This document shows positions 1-9,454 of a stretch of DNA of 64,000 nt, one piece after another. Made by a program: the position numbers and the translations under genes. The DNA comes from an uncultured Lachnospiraceae bacterium (GTDB taxonomy: Bacteria > Bacillota > Clostridia > Lachnospirales > Lachnospiraceae): assembly GCA_937885345.1 (NCBI GenBank), contig CAKZZH010000132.1:350-64349 (forward strand), read 5' to 3'. The notes beneath the pieces were generated by a model, which was not told the origin of the DNA, did no database searches, and worked only from the letters and a program-made list of their open reading frames with translations. Positions within the stretch are counted from its first letter, which is position 1, and the number at the start of each line of letters is the position of its first letter.

Positions 1-273
1 GTCAATAGCGAGTTGCATCAAATTCCCTTCACTCATATGCAAAACTAGTTTATTTATGCTTATATTTTATCAGAAAACCCTTAATTTTTCAATAGTTTTT
101 ACACAATCTTTAATCATCTTTAATGCCGCTATCTTTTTGATCTGCATGCTCGTCAATCCTAACATCGCTCATTATAGCATCACTCGCGCGCTGTGTTAAC
201 AGACGGAATTGCATTTTATACAGGACGAATTTATACCCTACATAAAATGCTGAATCTGTACCTAACAAAATGT

Positions 274-302
274 TTGTTTATCACTGTCAACTATGATATA
301 AT
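274..302 (+). promoter_or_regulatory. candidate sigma-A promoter of fba
   Basis: TTGTTT (274-279), 17-nt spacer, TGaTATAAT extended -10 (294-302). It lies just upstream of the GGAGG RBS and the ATG at 338. Confidence 0.5.
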
Positions 303-337
303 GTGGTCGCAAAAATCATTTTAACGGAGGTTCTATT

Positions 338-1201
338 ATGTTAGTTACAGCTAAAGATATGCTTGAAAAAGCCGTTGCCGGTAAGTATGCAGTCGGCCAT
401 TTCAACACCAATAACCTTGAGTGGACCAAAGCGATCCTTTCAACAGCTCAGGAGCTTAACTCCCCGGTTATCATTTCGTCTTCCGAAGGCGCAGGTAAGT
501 ATATGACAGGTTTTAAGACCGTAGCAGATATGGTTAAGGACGTCATCGACTCACTTGGCATCACTGTTCCCGTAGCACTTCACCTCGATCACGGTACATA
601 CGAAGGATGTATCAAGTGTGTTGAGGCAGGCTTCTCATCAATAATGTTTGACGGTTCCCATTATCCCATCGAGGAGAACGTTGCTAAGACAACAGAGCTC
701 GTTAAGCTTGCTCATGATAACGGACTTTCTATCGAGGCAGAGGTTGGTGCCATCGGTGGTGAGGAAGACGGCGTTATCGGCATGGGTGAATGCGCAGATC
801 CCAAGGAGTGTAAAATGATCGCCGATCTCGGTGTCGACTTCCTTGCAGCAGGTATCGGTAATATTCACGGTGTATACCCCGCTAACTGGCCCGGACTTTC
901 ATTTGAGACACTTGCAGCCGTTAAGGAGCAGGTTGGTGATCTTCCTCTCGTTCTTCACGGCGGTACAGGTATCCCCGATGATCAGATCAAGAAGGCAATC
1001 TCACTTGGCGTAGCCAAGATCAACGTTAATACCGAGTGCCAGCTCGTATTCGCTGAAGCAACACGTAAATACATCGAGGCAGGTAAGGACCTTGAAGGCA
1101 AGGGCTTCGATCCTCGTAAGCTTCTCGATCCCGGATACAAGGCAATCAAGGCAAAGGTTAAGGAGAAGATGGAACTCTTCGGTTCAGTTGGTAAAGCTTA
1201 A
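338..1201 (+). CDS. fba: class II fructose-1,6-bisphosphate aldolase
   Basis: 287 aa. N-terminus MLVTAKDMLEKA..GKYAVGHFN, plus LHLDHG and HGGTGIP motifs typical of class II FBA. GGAGG RBS. Confidence 0.93.
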   Translation: MLVTAKDMLEKAVAGKYAVGHFNTNNLEWTKAILSTAQELNSPVIISSSEGAGKYMTGFKTVADMVKDVIDSLGITVPVALHLDHGTYEGCIKCVEAGFSSIMFDGSHYPIEENVAKTTELVKLAHDNGLSIEAEVGAIGGEEDGVIGMGECADPKECKMIADLGVDFLAAGIGNIHGVYPANWPGLSFETLAAVKEQVGDLPLVLHGGTGIPDDQIKKAISLGVAKINVNTECQLVFAEATRKYIEAGKDLEGKGFDPRKLLDPGYKAIKAKVKEKMELFGSVGKA

Positions 1202-2055
1202 TGAAGATTTTTAGAAACCGCCAGAAAGGCGATATAGTCAGACTTATAATTTTTATAGTTGCCGTATGTGGTTTTCTTGCTTCGGGAATCTATCTTGTCA
1301 TTCGTTTTAAGAATGCACAAGATGCAACTTCACGTAACAGCAGTATCACGGATATTGTCATAGAGACCAAAGCACCTTCAAATGTTGCCGATAATGGCGA
1401 CAATGCTGAAGATTTGCATTCCATTGAGATCAACGGTACCAAATACTACGGAATCAATGCGGCGTTAACCGTCAATATGGATGCACTTCGTGAGATCAAT
1501 TCCGAAGCTGTAGGCTGGATACATGTGCCACAGTGCAATATCAGTTATCCCCTTGCACAGACAACGGATAACGACAAATACCTTGTAACGGACTTCTCGG
1601 GAAGCGAAAGTTACTCAGGCGCGATCTTCCTCGACAAGAGCAATGCACCGGATTTCTCCGGCGCCCATACCGTTATTTACGGGCATCATATGACAGACGG
1701 ATCAATGTTTGCGAACCTTCTCAAATATGATGATGAGAGCTTTTACAAGGAGTGCGAAGAAGACAACAACAATTACATCTATATCTACAACGATTCCGGA
1801 GTTTTGGTATATGAGATCTTTTGCGTATGTGATGTTAATATCGACGACCATACGACCGCATTTTATCCGAACTTCTTTACCGGGCTCACCGAGGTCGATT
1901 ATGCAGAGTATGTTAAAAGCCAGGCACTGTATGATATCGATGTGGATGTCGTAGAGGGTGACAGGATTCTGACGCTCTTTACATGTCAGGGAACTTCAGC
2001 CGAAAAGACAAGACATATGGTACACGCAAAATATCTGACAACACTTAATGATTAA
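1201..2055 (+). CDS. class B-type sortase (membrane-anchored transpeptidase)
   Basis: 284 aa with an N-terminal TM helix. Catalytic His context VIYGHHM, Cys motif TLFTCQ, downstream Arg (RHMVHAK). The ATG overlaps the fba TAA by 1 nt (TAATG). Confidence 0.8.
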   Translation: MKIFRNRQKGDIVRLIIFIVAVCGFLASGIYLVIRFKNAQDATSRNSSITDIVIETKAPSNVADNGDNAEDLHSIEINGTKYYGINAALTVNMDALREINSEAVGWIHVPQCNISYPLAQTTDNDKYLVTDFSGSESYSGAIFLDKSNAPDFSGAHTVIYGHHMTDGSMFANLLKYDDESFYKECEEDNNNYIYIYNDSGVLVYEIFCVCDVNIDDHTTAFYPNFFTGLTEVDYAEYVKSQALYDIDVDVVEGDRILTLFTCQGTSAEKTRHMVHAKYLTTLND

Positions 2056-2068
2056 GTAAGACTATATA

Positions 2069-2106
2069 ACAGGCAGTGAGAGATGATCTCACTGCCTGTT
2101 TTATTA
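2069..2106. terminator. intrinsic terminator, usable from both convergent directions
   Basis: 13-bp perfect stem ACAGGCAGTGAGA / TCTCACTGCCTGT (2069-2081 / 2087-2099), 5-nt loop, followed by TTTTATT. Confidence 0.7.
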
Positions 2107-2121
2107 TGCCATCTCGACTGC

Positions 2122-2376
2122 CTACTCACTCTGCTGGGGCTTGGGCTTAGCCTGTTTTTCAAGTTTTTTGTACATAAAAACGTCAGATGACTGATCAACC
2201 TTAAAAGTATCTGTCTTAGCATAAATGTCTGCTTCATTTTTGCGCTGAACGCTGATAAGAGCCGATTTATTCTTTCCGACCGTGATCGCTGCGGCAATAA
2301 GTCCGATAACTATTGCAATAACGATGATCACGATGATTGAACCAACTGTCCATTCAACAAGAATCATAATATGCAC
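2122..2376 (-). CDS. small single-pass membrane protein, unknown function
   Basis: 84 aa with one strongly hydrophobic helix (VGSIIVIIVIAIVIGLIAAAI) and a Lys-rich tail. Its start lies 3 nt downstream of the stop of the preceding gene 2380-3474. No family recognised. Confidence 0.5.
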   Translation of the reverse strand: MHIMILVEWTVGSIIVIIVIAIVIGLIAAAITVGKNKSALISVQRKNEADIYAKTDTFKVDQSSDVFMYKKLEKQAKPKPQQSE

Positions 2377-2379
2377 CTC

Positions 2380-3474
2380 CTAACCTGCTATGAATTTGAT
2401 AAGAGCCAGAATTGCGCCTGCAATCGGTGTCACGATCAAGAACGTCTTAAAGAACATCTTCGTAATCTTGCCCTTATCCGACGGAAGGTTTCCGACAAAT
2501 TTGCCGGTCTGTCCGTTCATAGCAAAGGTGTAAATCTCTCCCTGCCACTTGGTGGAAAGAAGGTACATGGGGTAAAGTGCATATTTGGCGGATCCGTCGG
2601 TAAACATTACCGAACTCTTCTCCGTATTAACCGTGTCATATCCGACAACAGTCGTCAAAAAGGCGTTCTCGGTGCTGACCGTAATTCTCTCGTTAGCTCT
2701 GGAAATGGTTTTTTCCTGATCCTCGTCATATTTGTCGGCAAGATATCCTGCAAGATAAGCCGTCTGGAAATTAACCGCTTCCGAGAAATCGTAAGGCTCC
2801 AAAGACTCCGACAGAGTATTGTCAAGCTTTGAGGACGCATCCACAGGCACCTTGGAAAATTCTATTGAACCGCTTCTGAATACGGAGTAATACTCCGTCT
2901 CGGTATAGCGGAAGTCATCATCCTCCCACTCTCTCTTCTTGGTAGCCTTGTAGCGTATGCTTGCATTAGCCTTGGCATCAAAGAGCCAGAAAGGCACGTA
3001 AACGGCCTTGATCTCTTCGATACGATTACCCTTGGTAAATGAATCGGGAAGAAGCTTTTTGCCCTTATAATGTTCTTTAAGCGAGTTCTTGGCAGCCTCC
3101 TTATCAAGCTTGAAAGGAATTACATAATCGGGCTTTAAGCTGCCCGTAAACTGTCCCATCATGACAATGGGATTATCGCAATAAGGACAGTTGGTCGCAC
3201 CCATGTTGGCATCGCCCACGATCTCGCCACCGCAGGATTTGCAGACATAGACTCTCATGCCTTCAGTCTCGCCTTCCTGCCATTCACTGTTTGGTACATC
3301 GGTCCACTGCATATTGCTTTCGCCTTCGTTTTGCAACTGTTCATCCAGCGAAGAAAGGGTGGACATTTCAAATTCCGTATCGCAGTAAGGGCATTTTACC
3401 TTCTGTACGCCCGGATTAAATTCGAGAGCGCCGCCGCAACACGGGCATTTATATTCCTGCATATTACCTGCCAT
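2380..3474 (-). CDS. double zinc-ribbon protein with C-terminal TM anchor
   Basis: 364 aa. Ribbons CPCCG..x..CPYCD and CKSCG..x..CPYCD, a middle domain of about 230 aa, and a C-terminal hydrophobic helix. GGGAG RBS upstream of the ATG at 3474. Confidence 0.7.
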   Translation of the reverse strand: MAGNMQEYKCPCCGGALEFNPGVQKVKCPYCDTEFEMSTLSSLDEQLQNEGESNMQWTDVPNSEWQEGETEGMRVYVCKSCGGEIVGDANMGATNCPYCDNPIVMMGQFTGSLKPDYVIPFKLDKEAAKNSLKEHYKGKKLLPDSFTKGNRIEEIKAVYVPFWLFDAKANASIRYKATKKREWEDDDFRYTETEYYSVFRSGSIEFSKVPVDASSKLDNTLSESLEPYDFSEAVNFQTAYLAGYLADKYDEDQEKTISRANERITVSTENAFLTTVVGYDTVNTEKSSVMFTDGSAKYALYPMYLLSTKWQGEIYTFAMNGQTGKFVGNLPSDKGKITKMFFKTFLIVTPIAGAILALIKFIAG

Positions 3475-3552
3475 ATATTATCTCCCTGTAAAATATCTGT
3501 ATAGGGCCCCTGCTTAAACGCAGAGGCCCGTATGATCATAAAATATACTTAA

Positions 3553-4785
3553 TTAAGCAAGAGACTTGCCACAGTTAGGACAGAATTTAGCTCCGGGGTT
3601 CTCAACCTTATTGCCGCAGTTAGGGCAGAAGGATGCTGCCGGTGCTGCAGGAGCGGCGGGTTTTTCATTACCGCATGAAGGACAGAACTTTCCGGTATTA
3701 ACCGAACCGCATGTACATGTCCATGAATCGCCTGCAGGAGCTGCCTGCTGTGCGGCTGCCTGCTGTGCGGCTGCCTGCTGCCCGCCCATAGCAAAGAGGT
3801 TGGTAGCATTCATACCGCCGGCATTCATAGCCATTCCCATACCAACGAAGCCGTTCATAGCGCCGTTGGGGTTATTAGCGGCATCACGCATAGCATCTGT
3901 CTGAGCACCAACGAGCTGTGCTGCTGCCATATTCGGGTCGCGGTTGATCGCTGCTCTCTGAGCGTTCTTGATAAGTTGCTGATCCTCTTCGGTAAGAGTA
4001 ATAGGATTAAGAGCAATACTTACAACAGAGAGACCACGAAGCTCAGCCCACTTCTTGGTAAGCTCCATATTCATATAATCGCAAAGCTCTGTGGTATGTC
4101 CGGGAAGTGCACTCGGTCTAACCTCAAGCTCTGAGATTCTTGCCATTGCAGGCTGAAGAGCGTTGATGAATTCCGTCTTAAGCTGCTCATCGATCTCGCT
4201 TCTTCTGTACTGATCCTCTACGTTTGCGCATACATTGGTATAGAAAAGAAGAGGGTTTGAAATCTTGTAAGAATATACGCCGGAGCATCTTACGGAAACA
4301 TCGATATCAAGTCCGATGTTCTTGTCAACAACTCTGAAAGGGATCGGATTGGCGGTTCCGAATTTGTTCTCAAGGATCTCCTTGGTATTGAAATAATAAA
4401 TTCTCTGATCCTTACCCGTATCACCACCGTAAGTGAACCTTCTGCCGATCGTCTTGAAAGTATCAAGGATCGACTGCCCGAGATTACCTGCGAAGATACT
4501 GGGCTCGGTTGATGTATCATAAGTAAATTCACCGGGCTCCGCACAAACTTCGACAATCTTACCCTGCTCTACGATTATCATACACTGACCGTCCGCAACG
4601 GCAATTCCCGAACCGTTTGAAATGATATTGTCATTTCCCTTGGTGTTCGATGTTCTTGATGTGGTTCTCTTCTCGCCCTTGGCAACAAGAACTTCCTTAT
4701 CAAGAGACTCGCAGTAGAAAAACTCTTTCCACTGATCTGCAAATGTGCCTCCGATGGCACCTGCAATTGCTTTAATAAGTCCCAT
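3553..4785 (-). CDS. SPFH/band-7 family protein with C-terminal zinc ribbons (COG4260 / YdjI-like)
   Basis: 410 aa. N-terminus MGLIKAIAGAIGG..ADQWKE typical of this family. Ala/Gln repeat linker, then CTCG..CPSCG and CPNCG..CPNCG ribbons. GGGAGG RBS. Confidence 0.8.
   Translation of the reverse strand: MGLIKAIAGAIGGTFADQWKEFFYCESLDKEVLVAKGEKRTTSRTSNTKGNDNIISNGSGIAVADGQCMIIVEQGKIVEVCAEPGEFTYDTSTEPSIFAGNLGQSILDTFKTIGRRFTYGGDTGKDQRIYYFNTKEILENKFGTANPIPFRVVDKNIGLDIDVSVRCSGVYSYKISNPLLFYTNVCANVEDQYRRSEIDEQLKTEFINALQPAMARISELEVRPSALPGHTTELCDYMNMELTKKWAELRGLSVVSIALNPITLTEEDQQLIKNAQRAAINRDPNMAAAQLVGAQTDAMRDAANNPNGAMNGFVGMGMAMNAGGMNATNLFAMGGQQAAAQQAAAQQAAPAGDSWTCTCGSVNTGKFCPSCGNEKPAAPAAPAASFCPNCGNKVENPGAKFCPNCGKSLA
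3740..3781. repeat. in-frame 15-bp tandem repeat (about 2.8 copies) inside the SPFH gene
   Basis: GCTGCCTGCTGTGCG x2 plus a partial third copy. Encodes (QQAAA)n between the SPFH body and the zinc ribbons. Confidence 0.85.
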
Positions 4786-4820
4786 TTAAAAGACCTCCCT
4801 TAAATAATATGTTTCGGACC

Positions 4821-5312
4821 TTACTGTCCGTTAGAACTCTCCGAAGACGCTTTGCCGTCACGAGACGCATTCTCCCCCATCTCGTCGTACTTCTTGTAGA
4901 GAGCTTCAAGTTGATTCTCGAAATCTCTCTCGGCAAAGGTACCCACTCTCGGAACTGCCTGCTCGGCTTTCATCTCTTCCGTCTGTGCATCCTTATACAA
5001 GTCCGCATTGGTACTTGAATAGGGATTAACATCAGGTAAAGGCTTGGCCGAATATGGATTCTTATTCTCTTTCACAACCTCTTTCTTACTCCCAACATTT
5101 GCTGCGGCACCGATAATAAGCTGCCACACAAGTATAACCGTCATCCATATTATCAGGGCGATCATAAACCAGAGAATCGACAATCTCGGCGGTACAAAAT
5201 GCAATATGAGTAGTATCCATGCCGGTATTGACCATCCCAGATTCAGAAGAAGATTGATACCATATACTATAAAAAAATTACCGGTAAAACTCGTTCTTCT
5301 CATACACATCAC
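4821..5312 (-). CDS. membrane protein, unknown function
   Basis: 163 aa with 3 predicted TM helices and an acidic C-terminal tail. Start is ambiguous (GTG 5312, ATG 5309 or 5303). Immediately upstream of the SPFH gene. Confidence 0.55.
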   Translation of the reverse strand: MMCMRRTSFTGNFFIVYGINLLLNLGWSIPAWILLILHFVPPRLSILWFMIALIIWMTVILVWQLIIGAAANVGSKKEVVKENKNPYSAKPLPDVNPYSSTNADLYKDAQTEEMKAEQAVPRVGTFAERDFENQLEALYKKYDEMGENASRDGKASSESSNGQ

Positions 5313-5382
5313 CCTTTAATAAAGGATTTTATAATAAAAGTACGATTAAAACATCATCATTTTTGAGGATAGGTAAACAGCA

Positions 5383-6915
5383 CTACTGCACCGTGATCGT
5401 CTCATTACTATACATCGAGGTCAGATAAGCCTTGGCCATATTCATAAGATTCTCGTCGGGAATCATTACATAGTTCGGCGAATTGGGCATCGAATATGTA
5501 CAAAGCGTGTCGCCTGCACCGCCGACCGTAAAGGAGCTGACCGACCATCCGCCAAGGCTGCCCATATCTACTTTACCGACGAATTCGCCCATCTCCTCTG
5601 AGGACATATTCGTTACCATCGAATCCGATATTGCCGCCACAACGCTTGTATAATTGAGCACCATATCGGTGGAGGCCATTTTCTTGATCATAGCCTGAAT
5701 GACGGCCATCTGGTTCTTGCCTCTTTGTATATCGCCGCTCGGGAAGGAATGGCGCTCCCTCGCAAATCTGAGCGCAGCCGCACCATCAAGTGAGTTATAA
5801 CCCTGTACATAATGATATTCATCCGCATAGAATTCATATTCAGAGTAGACATCCACTCCGCCGAGCTTATCGATAATGTCTATAAAGCCCGTAAAATTGA
5901 TTTTAAAATAATAATTGATATCTATGCCATAGAGCATCTCCAGCGTGCCAACAGAACAGTCAACGCCCGCACATCCTGCATGTGTAAGCTTGTCCTTAAG
6001 GCCACTGCCGAGCGAAACCGTCGTGTCCACATAGAAATCTCTCGGTGTGTTAAGAAGCAGTATCTGCTGCGTATTAAAATTCACCACGCAAAGGATGTTA
6101 ACATCGCTGTTACGGTTCTCCGCCGGAGATCCGTACACATCCACACCGCTGAAATAGAATGTATAAATCCCCGAAGAAGCAGGAGCCTCAGTATTCATCA
6201 CATTATCCGATGCGCTGCCGGTTCCGTCACCTTCCGTAAGCTCATCTACGACTTTGTATTCATATACGACGACCGTATCAACCGTAAAATTCGGATAGGT
6301 CTCGGTAAGAAGCGTAATATAGCTTTCGTCTATGATCATGGCTCTTACCTCTCCCGAATAAAGTGCCCCCGCCGTCTCGATCATACCCGCATATTCGCTT
6401 GTTGTAAGGGTATATCCGCTCTCGGATACGTGCTTGATCGTCGCCGAAACACTCTCTTTTCCGACGTTCGATGGCGTGCCGATATTAACGGAGGCAAGAG
6501 AGGCAAGCGCCTCTTCATCCTTAAGTGAAGCCATCTCATCCGCAGATAAAACATATATGCCGACGGTTGAAATCTTGGTTGTATTGCCGGTTATTTTATC
6601 GATCGCGCTATAGGTCGCATTGACGTATATACAGCCGAATGCAAGTATGACGGACATTATTACGGAAATTATTTTACCGAAAATGCCCGAAACGAGCCAG
6701 CGCTGCATCAGAACAGCGATCAGAACTATAAGTACCAAAGCCACCGAAATCATTAGTTTGTATTTATCGGGGATTATCGGTACAAATCTCATAAATACTA
6801 TAAAAACAACCGTAAGAATAAGCTGTATAAGCGCAAGGATATATCCCACCGTCCTTGCCGCTTTGCCTGCGTGATTGTCCCTTATTCCTGCCCCGGTATC
6901 TTCTCTGTAAGCCAT
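5383..6915 (-). CDS. LytR-CpsA-Psr (LCP) family glycopolymer ligase
   Basis: 510 aa. N-terminal TM helices, then an LCP core (NILCVVNF..LLNTPRD, ALRFARERH, D..RGKNQ). AAGGAG RBS. Confidence 0.85.
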   Translation of the reverse strand: MAYREDTGAGIRDNHAGKAARTVGYILALIQLILTVVFIVFMRFVPIIPDKYKLMISVALVLIVLIAVLMQRWLVSGIFGKIISVIMSVILAFGCIYVNATYSAIDKITGNTTKISTVGIYVLSADEMASLKDEEALASLASVNIGTPSNVGKESVSATIKHVSESGYTLTTSEYAGMIETAGALYSGEVRAMIIDESYITLLTETYPNFTVDTVVVYEYKVVDELTEGDGTGSASDNVMNTEAPASSGIYTFYFSGVDVYGSPAENRNSDVNILCVVNFNTQQILLLNTPRDFYVDTTVSLGSGLKDKLTHAGCAGVDCSVGTLEMLYGIDINYYFKINFTGFIDIIDKLGGVDVYSEYEFYADEYHYVQGYNSLDGAAALRFARERHSFPSGDIQRGKNQMAVIQAMIKKMASTDMVLNYTSVVAAISDSMVTNMSSEEMGEFVGKVDMGSLGGWSVSSFTVGGAGDTLCTYSMPNSPNYVMIPDENLMNMAKAYLTSMYSNETITVQ

Positions 6916-6971
6916 CGTGTCTCCTTAAATCGCTGCGCGGCGCCCGGCGTTTCTGCGCCTTTGCGCGGCGA

Positions 6972-8069
6972 TCATCTGATATATTTTGCTGCGTCGTCAA
7001 GAGCCGCCGCGATCACTTTATCCATATCGTAATATTTGTAGGTGCCGAGCCTTCCGCCAAATATCACATTATCAAGCGCATCCGCCTTCTCTTTGTATCT
7101 GAGGTAAAGTGCGCCGTTTCTGTCATCGTTGACCGGATAATAAGTTTCCATGCCCGGCTCCCATTCCCTGCTGTACTCCCTGGAAATAACGGTCTTCTCC
7201 TGCTTGCCGAACTCAAAATGTTTATGCTCGATGATCCTCGTATAAGGCACTTCGGCATCGGTATAATTGACAACCGCATTGCCCTGATAATTGTCCGTAT
7301 CAATAACCTCTGTCTCAAAACTTACTGTTCTGTACTGGAGATGCCCGAATTCAAAGCCGAAGAATTCATCGATCATTCCGGTGTATACAATGCTCTTCGC
7401 AATATCGGGCTCCTTACCGATAAGCTCGTAATAATCCGTGGAAATCCTTACATCACTGCCTTCAAGAAGTTTCTCTATGATCCCGGTGTATCCGCCGATC
7501 GGAATTCCCTGATATCTGTCATTAAAATAATTATTGTCATACGTAAATCTGAGCGGAAGTCTCTTGATAATGAACGCCGGAAGATCCACGCACTCTCTGC
7601 CCCATTGCTTCTGCGTATAGCCCTTTATAAGTTTCTCATAGACATCACTGCCTACGAGCGAAAGCGCCTGCTCCTCAAGGTTTGCAGGCTCGCCGATCGA
7701 AAGCTCCTCAATCTGCTTTGCGATCCTCTCCCTGGCCTCGGCAGGTGTCCTAATCCCCCACATTTTAGAGAAGGTATTCATATTAAACGGCAGATTATAC
7801 AATTCGTCCTTGTATATGGCGATCGGGCTGTTTATATAATTATTAAAATCCGCAAAAGCGTTAACATAGTCCCAAATCTTCTTGTCCGATGTATGGAAAA
7901 TATGCGCGCCGTATTTATGGACATTGATTCCCTCAATCTCCTCTGTATAAATGTTTCCGCCGATATGGTCCCTCTTATCGATAACGAGGCATTTCCTGCC
8001 CTTCTTCGTGGCCTCATGCGCAAACACGCTGCCGTAAAGGCCCGCGCCTACAATAAGATAATCATACAT
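6972..8069 (-). CDS. glf: UDP-galactopyranose mutase
   Basis: 365 aa. FAD-binding MYDYLIVGAGLYG, with family-typical GGNIYT and YGAHIFHT segments. AGGAGG RBS. Confidence 0.93.
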   Translation of the reverse strand: MYDYLIVGAGLYGSVFAHEATKKGRKCLVIDKRDHIGGNIYTEEIEGINVHKYGAHIFHTSDKKIWDYVNAFADFNNYINSPIAIYKDELYNLPFNMNTFSKMWGIRTPAEARERIAKQIEELSIGEPANLEEQALSLVGSDVYEKLIKGYTQKQWGRECVDLPAFIIKRLPLRFTYDNNYFNDRYQGIPIGGYTGIIEKLLEGSDVRISTDYYELIGKEPDIAKSIVYTGMIDEFFGFEFGHLQYRTVSFETEVIDTDNYQGNAVVNYTDAEVPYTRIIEHKHFEFGKQEKTVISREYSREWEPGMETYYPVNDDRNGALYLRYKEKADALDNVIFGGRLGTYKYYDMDKVIAAALDDAAKYIR

Positions 8070-8136
8070 TCACCGTTCCTCCTTTACATCCCGTGCACCA
8101 TAAAATACATTATACCATACATTCCCTTCAGATAGC

Positions 8137-8204
8137 AAAAAAACGGGCATCTAAATACACATTATCGATCGGTCTGCCCGATAAAAATGCATATATGATG
8201 CCCG
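8137..8204 (-). terminator. probable terminator after rpsR
   Basis: On the minus strand CGGGCA(TC)...(GA)TGCCCG is followed by TTTTTTT (plus-strand A-run 8137-8143). Two alternative 5' stem partners exist (8174-8180 or 8197-8204). Confidence 0.5.
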
Positions 8205-8223
8205 GAAATATGATTCCTGTAAA

Positions 8224-8490
8224 TTAATCTACGCTGTAAGGAAGAAGAGCGATCTGTCTTGCTCTCTTGATAGCAACAGTGATCTCTCTCTGATGCTTAG
8301 CGCAAGTACCGGTAACTCTTCTGGGAAGGATTTTACCTCTCTCAGAGATATACTTCTTAAGCTTAGCTGCATCCTTATAATCGATGGTCTCCTGTGTATT
8401 GGCACAGAATACGCATACTTTCTTTCTTCTGCGGCCCATTCTTCTTCTGCCGCCCATATCGCCCTTAGCGTCTTTTGTATTAGTAGGCAT
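8224..8490 (-). CDS. rpsR: 30S ribosomal protein S18
   Basis: 88 aa. [36 protein letters not shown] is the classic S18 pattern. AGGAGG RBS. Confidence 0.95.
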   Translation of the reverse strand: MPTNTKDAKGDMGGRRRMGRRRKKVCVFCANTQETIDYKDAAKLKKYISERGKILPRRVTGTCAKHQREITVAIKRARQIALLPYSVD

Positions 8491-8514
8491 TGCCTTGACC
8501 TCCTTAATTACATA

Positions 8515-8973
8515 CTAGAAAGGTAATCCCTCATCAGTGATCGTGTCGGCAATATTGATAAAACCATCGCCTGCACCCTCGGAAGCGGGCTTGTCAACCG
8601 GAGCCGGGGAGCCGGCACTATAATTGCCGTTTGCCGATGAAGCATTCTTGCTCTCTGCAAATTCCTGTTCTTCAACCACAACCTCGGTAGTATAAACCTT
8701 CTGACCATCCTTATTGGTATAGCTTCCGGTCTGGATCCTTCCGGTGATCGCGATCTTGGTTCCCTTATGCAAATATTTCTCAGCAAACTCAGCGCCCTTG
8801 GAGAATACCACGCATCCTATAAAATCAGCGCTGTCCTCACTGTCGTTTCTCTTGAACCTTCTGTCAACCGCAATCGTATATCTTGCGATCGCCATCTGTT
8901 CTCCGCTTCCGTTTGTGGAATATCTAATCTCGGGATCCCTTGTAAGTCTTCCCATTAAAATGACTTTATTCAT
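8515..8973 (-). CDS. ssb: single-stranded DNA-binding protein
   Basis: 152 aa. MNKVILMGRLTRDPE OB-fold N-terminus and an acidic C-terminal tip DEGLPF. Confidence 0.95.
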   Translation of the reverse strand: MNKVILMGRLTRDPEIRYSTNGSGEQMAIARYTIAVDRRFKRNDSEDSADFIGCVVFSKGAEFAEKYLHKGTKIAITGRIQTGSYTNKDGQKVYTTEVVVEEQEFAESKNASSANGNYSAGSPAPVDKPASEGAGDGFINIADTITDEGLPF

Positions 8974-9009
8974 AACTTGCCTCCGTATCTGCGACCTGGT
9001 CGCAAATTG

Positions 9010-9297
9010 CTATTCTTCTACTCTAACGCACATGTTACGAAGAATACCATCCATGATACGTAACTGCGCATCAAGCTGTGGCGGACAAGTAGCTTCAGCA
9101 TCGAAATTGATGAAATAATAGAAAGCTTCGCTCATCTTCTGAATCTCATAAGCAAGCTTCTTCTTGCCATCCTCCTTGACATCGATCTCGGCACCACCAA
9201 ACTTGGTGATAAGCCCCTTAACCTTGTCAATGATAGATGTTCTGGCCTCATCTTCAATTGCTGCGCTTACAACAACTGTTAATTCGTACTTGTTCAT
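9010..9297 (-). CDS. rpsF: 30S ribosomal protein S6
   Basis: Started at MNKYELTVVV (ATG 9297) with a GGAGG 9-10 nt upstream. The tracked ORF start at 9354 adds 19 non-S6 residues. Confidence 0.92.
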   Translation of the reverse strand: MNKYELTVVVSAAIEDEARTSIIDKVKGLITKFGGAEIDVKEDGKKKLAYEIQKMSEAFYYFINFDAEATCPPQLDAQLRIMDGILRNMCVRVEE

Positions 9298-9411
9298 CTG
9301 TACTGCACCTCCTTCTGGTCTTTGGCCCTCCCTCCGGCAGCATATCCGGCCCATACATAAAGCCGTTTCACCGCTTCTTGAAGAGCAAGGATTAATATAT
9401 CACGAGATAAA

Positions 9412-9440
9412 ATAATATCATACCGCCGATGATTCTGCAA
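9412..9440 (-). promoter_or_regulatory. candidate rpsF-ssb-rpsR promoter
   Basis: Minus strand: TTGCAG (9440-9435), 17-nt spacer, TGaTATTAT (-10 at 9417-9412). Implies a leader of about 105 nt. Confidence 0.55.
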
Positions 9441-9454
9441 GCGGTTTTTACATA

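Noticed and set aside
1-36. Possible start of a minus-strand gene (ATG at 36, MSEGNLMQLAID...) running off the window.
   Set aside because: Only 12 codons are visible and there is no RBS, so it cannot be supported.
6855-8135. 426-aa plus-strand ORF antisense to glf. Similar long antisense ORFs occur at 19547-20650, 30251-31279, 33682-34341, 18107-18847, 44092-44907, 46043-46780 and 5812-6528.
   Set aside because: Each lies fully opposite a gene with unmistakable family motifs. They lack an RBS and have low-complexity or Arg/Leu/Ile-rich composition typical of antisense frames.
9298-9354. N-terminally extended ORF-track starts, here rpsF. The same applies to xpt 19942, licD-like 25394, fabZ 29364, DUF624 37624, gdpP 47530, binding protein 51814, CarD-like 58944 and HMGL-like 60081.
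   Set aside because: In each case an internal ATG preceded by a GGAGG-type RBS gives the family-typical N-terminus. The extensions add non-homologous residues.
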